Shown piece by piece: positions 60,871 through 64,000 of a DNA stretch of 64,000 nt (within the stretch, counting starts at the first letter, position 1; each line of letters begins with the position of its first letter). A program made the position numbers and the translations under genes. The stretch spans positions 13,889,834 through 13,953,833 of the forward strand of contig CM082579.2 of NCBI GenBank assembly GCA_040954595.2, written 5' to 3'. Under the pieces are notes generated by a model. It saw only the letters and a program-made list of their open reading frames with translations, did no database searches and was not told the DNA's origin. This DNA is from Balanoglossus misakiensis. Taxonomy: Eukaryota > Animalia > Hemichordata.

Positions 60871-63511
60871 CTACAGAGAGGCACTAAAAACTTCTTCGAC
60901 AAAACGCCTCCACACATTGGTCCTCCAACGACTTGTTTTTTCCGTCAATACCCTGCGCTCAGACCTCCTCCTGTACTGCCTTCCTCGCCGACTCTTCCTG
61001 GTATTGGTTGACACCACTTTCGCTTCTGCGTCATATTTTATTGTTTTGTCAGTGATAAGCTTGCACAGAAACATTGTAAATTATCATGGGGAAAACATGA
61101 ACACACTCGGAAATAAAATAAAACTTACCCAGTCCAGACAGGTGAGATCACTCCTGAATTTATAGGAGTTTTTTTTTAATGGGATGCGCAACATTGTTGA
61201 AGCTCTCAACATAGTGTGTGTCTTTACACTAGAATGGAAAATAAAATAAAATCTTTACAAAGAGTAGAGACTTTGGTTTTCCATAATCGTGTCTGCATAT
61301 AGCTGACAAAAACTACAGCATAATCTCGGTACAAGAAAGCCTGAGAGAAATACTGCTATGCTCTATCTGCTGCATGGTGGTGTTCAAACACTGCACATTG
61401 TAACTACATGTACCTGTATTCTGAAATCGTGTTTCAAGCTAAACATTGTCATTCAATACACATAGCTAAGCACACCTACATTTACCTCATGCTATGTAAT
61501 ACTTAAAAAACTCACATCAACATAATTCTCTGGCTTCTTGTACAGCTGCGTCTTTCTAACTGCATGCCTCAGGAGGTCAGCTGCTTTCGATTGCCTGATT
61601 GGGCGGAACGATGCTTCGTAATTCGCGCTATTCCGACACCTCGATTTTGGGTCACACCCAGCGTGATTATCCTACAGATCGAAAAGATAACATGTACCGT
61701 CTATTTGATGGAATTTAAGAAGCACAGTCACGGTTTTGTCCTGATGTTGGCATCCACAGATAACTTTAAAAGAATGTGTGATGGCGATGGTTACATTTTC
61801 AACTATTTTATTTAATCAAAAAAGTTATTTTTGTTTCATTCAAAGGTAATTACCTGATAATGAGCGACAATATTGTCTAATTTTTTTCGGATTAGCGCCG
61901 CTGCTTCGGTTCGTGCCCGGGTTGTGTTGTCATTGTCCAGAAGGTGTTGTTTTGCCCGTGTCATGGCCCAGTAGCAATGTGTCTTTACATTGGCCCCTGT
62001 GGAGAGGTGAACACATAGTTGAATTTGTAATAATTGTTATCACAAACGAAATGGCTTTACGTTTAATATCTCCATTTTCAAAGCTGCATAAGAGAAAAAA
62101 AAATAGTCAATGCATAAAACTGAACATGAAACAGAAACTCGTAACCACAGATACCTGACCAAAAGTGAAAACTTAACATTGCGATTGAGAAAACATAAAA
62201 TGTGTGTGATTTTACCTTTATCTGCAAGTTCAGGGTGCCAGGTTACGTTCATGTTTCGTTGTGTCCCCGTGGTTACTCGTTTCATCTCTCGGCCTATTGC
62301 CTTGGTAACTGTAAAATAAAAACAAGCATTGATGTTACAGCTCCTCGCCTACGTGTACACGATGAAACAGAATCAATTAATGGTGCCTGGATTGATGCAA
62401 CTCTGCCTTGAAAACAAACCTGAATACACATATTCACTTTCAAATTATAAGTTTACAGATGATCAAAAGTCGTCAGCTAAAAATGTATGTGACGTCCTTA
62501 TGTACATGTACTAAATTGGAGTGTTTTTGCTGCTACACCTTCCTCTGTCAAGTAAGAATGAAGCCTTACCATGCCATGTGTCGTTGCTGCTGATGGTATC
62601 TGGCCTTTCCTCTCGCAGGAATTTGTTTACAGACGCGTTGTTGTCGTGGCCATGAACTAAAATTGGAACCCCTGTAAATGTAATCATTTGCAATAGCCGG
62701 TTGTCAGTGTGACATATTTTCTTGCATAGAATTATAATTATCGTTTTATATGTGGTCCATGTACATGCCTCAAGTTTTGTAAAAACATTTAGCAAGGATT
62801 TTACTGATACTGATGGGAAAGCACCGTGTTAATACTATGTTTTACCTTTTTCATCAGCCCAGTTATAAAATCGCCTGATCCCAACCATCTCGTGTCTTTG
62901 GGAACACGGGTCATCGTGCTTCCTGACCAACTTCTTATGGATGCACTTATGGGTTCTAAAACAAAGAAAAATAGTTACAAATAAAGTTATTCGAATTTAA
63001 TCCAAAATTGCCATATATTACAATAACAGTATACGTCAAAGCATGTGGCATGTCAGTTCGGAGAAGTGTGTTGATGCCAAACACAATACTCACTGTCGAC
63101 AGAAATAGCGATGCGATTGAGTGCGTGTAAGGGTAACACATTACCATACATATAACCATCATTGCCATAGAGATGAAAAATGTTATTTCTAACGAAAAGT
63201 TGTTACATACATGTCACCAAGTACAACTATGTCAGAGTTTTGTGCATTCTTTCATGTACCGTGTCATGCATCGCTCATATTTTCAATCCCCAGCTTAATG
63301 GTGCGGTCTTCCGATGCGATTTCCTGAAATTGGATTCAAAAACAAAATGTATTAGGCCTATATGAACACACGGATAAAATGTGGCATGATAAAAATATCA
63401 AATAACATTTATTTAGTTGTTTTTGGGTGGTGAAATGTCATACCTCGTTTAATGCATCATCCCTGGATTTGACTGCTTCATTGTGGACAGTTTGTCGGTA
63501 CTTCTCAAAAA
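60871..63511 (-). pseudogene. Intron-rich Kolobok-type DDE transposase, degenerate
   Basis: Exons 63444-63511, 63211-63323, 62846-62955, 62570-62671, 62216-62308, 61854-61996, 61516-61671, 61129-61228, ~60871-61010. They read SDA*HGT*KNA, THK...DDPCSQRHE, VHGHDNNASVNK...NDTWH, TWHPELADK, THCYWAM...LDNIVAHY, NHAGCDPKSRC, DTHYVESFNN. Two CGA>TGA-type stops and a lesion in the 61129-61228 exon. Confidence 0.75.
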
Positions 63512-64000
63512 CTGAATAAAAAAAAAAGACAGACGAGAAATGGGCCGCCGCAAGGGAAAAGGGCCCTTATGCATGGATTTTTCGATTTTTATTTTTTGTC
63601 GTTTTTTGATAGTACCTGTGCTCCTCTTTTCATATGTGTGCCGCTCACTATGAACTTACACCTGGAAATGGCATTTGTGGCCCATTGAATGTGACATATG
63701 ACCTTTGACCTCAGCCCACAAATAAAATTCACTGTTTTTGTTTCACAATAAAGAGGTTTAAAAACCAAACATCTTTTCCCAACTACATGGAAGATCTGTA
63801 TCCATTTATACCGTAGGTACTGACTAAATCAACTTTTTAGGGGGAGAGGGGGTGTCTGTCATTCCATTATATCATAGGGGTGGAAAGCACACAAGATGAT
63901 GCTAGTTCTATTTAAAAATACATTTTATTAGACACCACAAGTGCCAAAACTCTACACATCACATCCTCCGAAAATATGAATATTTACATGACATTATTGA

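Overview
AT-rich, intron-containing animal genomic DNA, not prokaryotic; a marine invertebrate, possibly a deuterostome, is inferred from the repeat families. About three quarters of the window is nested transposable elements. (1) 627-9242: a previously unrecognised-looking non-autonomous tyrosine-recombinase (split-direct-repeat) retroelement with an apparently spliced gag-only gene. It carries an inserted RTE-X-like LINE and a near-complete Ngaro element. (2) 9455-11515: a Helentron-like non-autonomous element. (3) 13650-21793: two copies of a Tx1-clade LINE whose 3' ends sit at the same position inside a ~500-bp tandem array of an ~80-nt Pol III-type small RNA gene that I cannot assign to a known family. 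(4) 21794-31326: a truncated BEL/Pao LTR element, split by a CACTA-type transposon carrying a BEN-domain gene. (5) 32426-53447 (+): the one host gene, a 26-exon ankyrin-Roc-COR-death-domain (DAPK-like ROCO, no kinase seen) gene. Its ankyrin region is built from one-repeat-per-exon, phase-0 cassettes with near-identical introns and hypervariable binding-face codons, and its last exon has a frameshift and a nonsense codon. (6) 59400-63511: an intron-rich, degenerate Kolobok-type transposon. The leading candidates for new biology are the diversifying ankyrin-exon cassette of the ROCO gene, the LINE-targeted small-RNA array and the spliced gag-only tyrosine-recombinase retroelement. All calls come from reading the sequence by eye; no searches or alignments were run.
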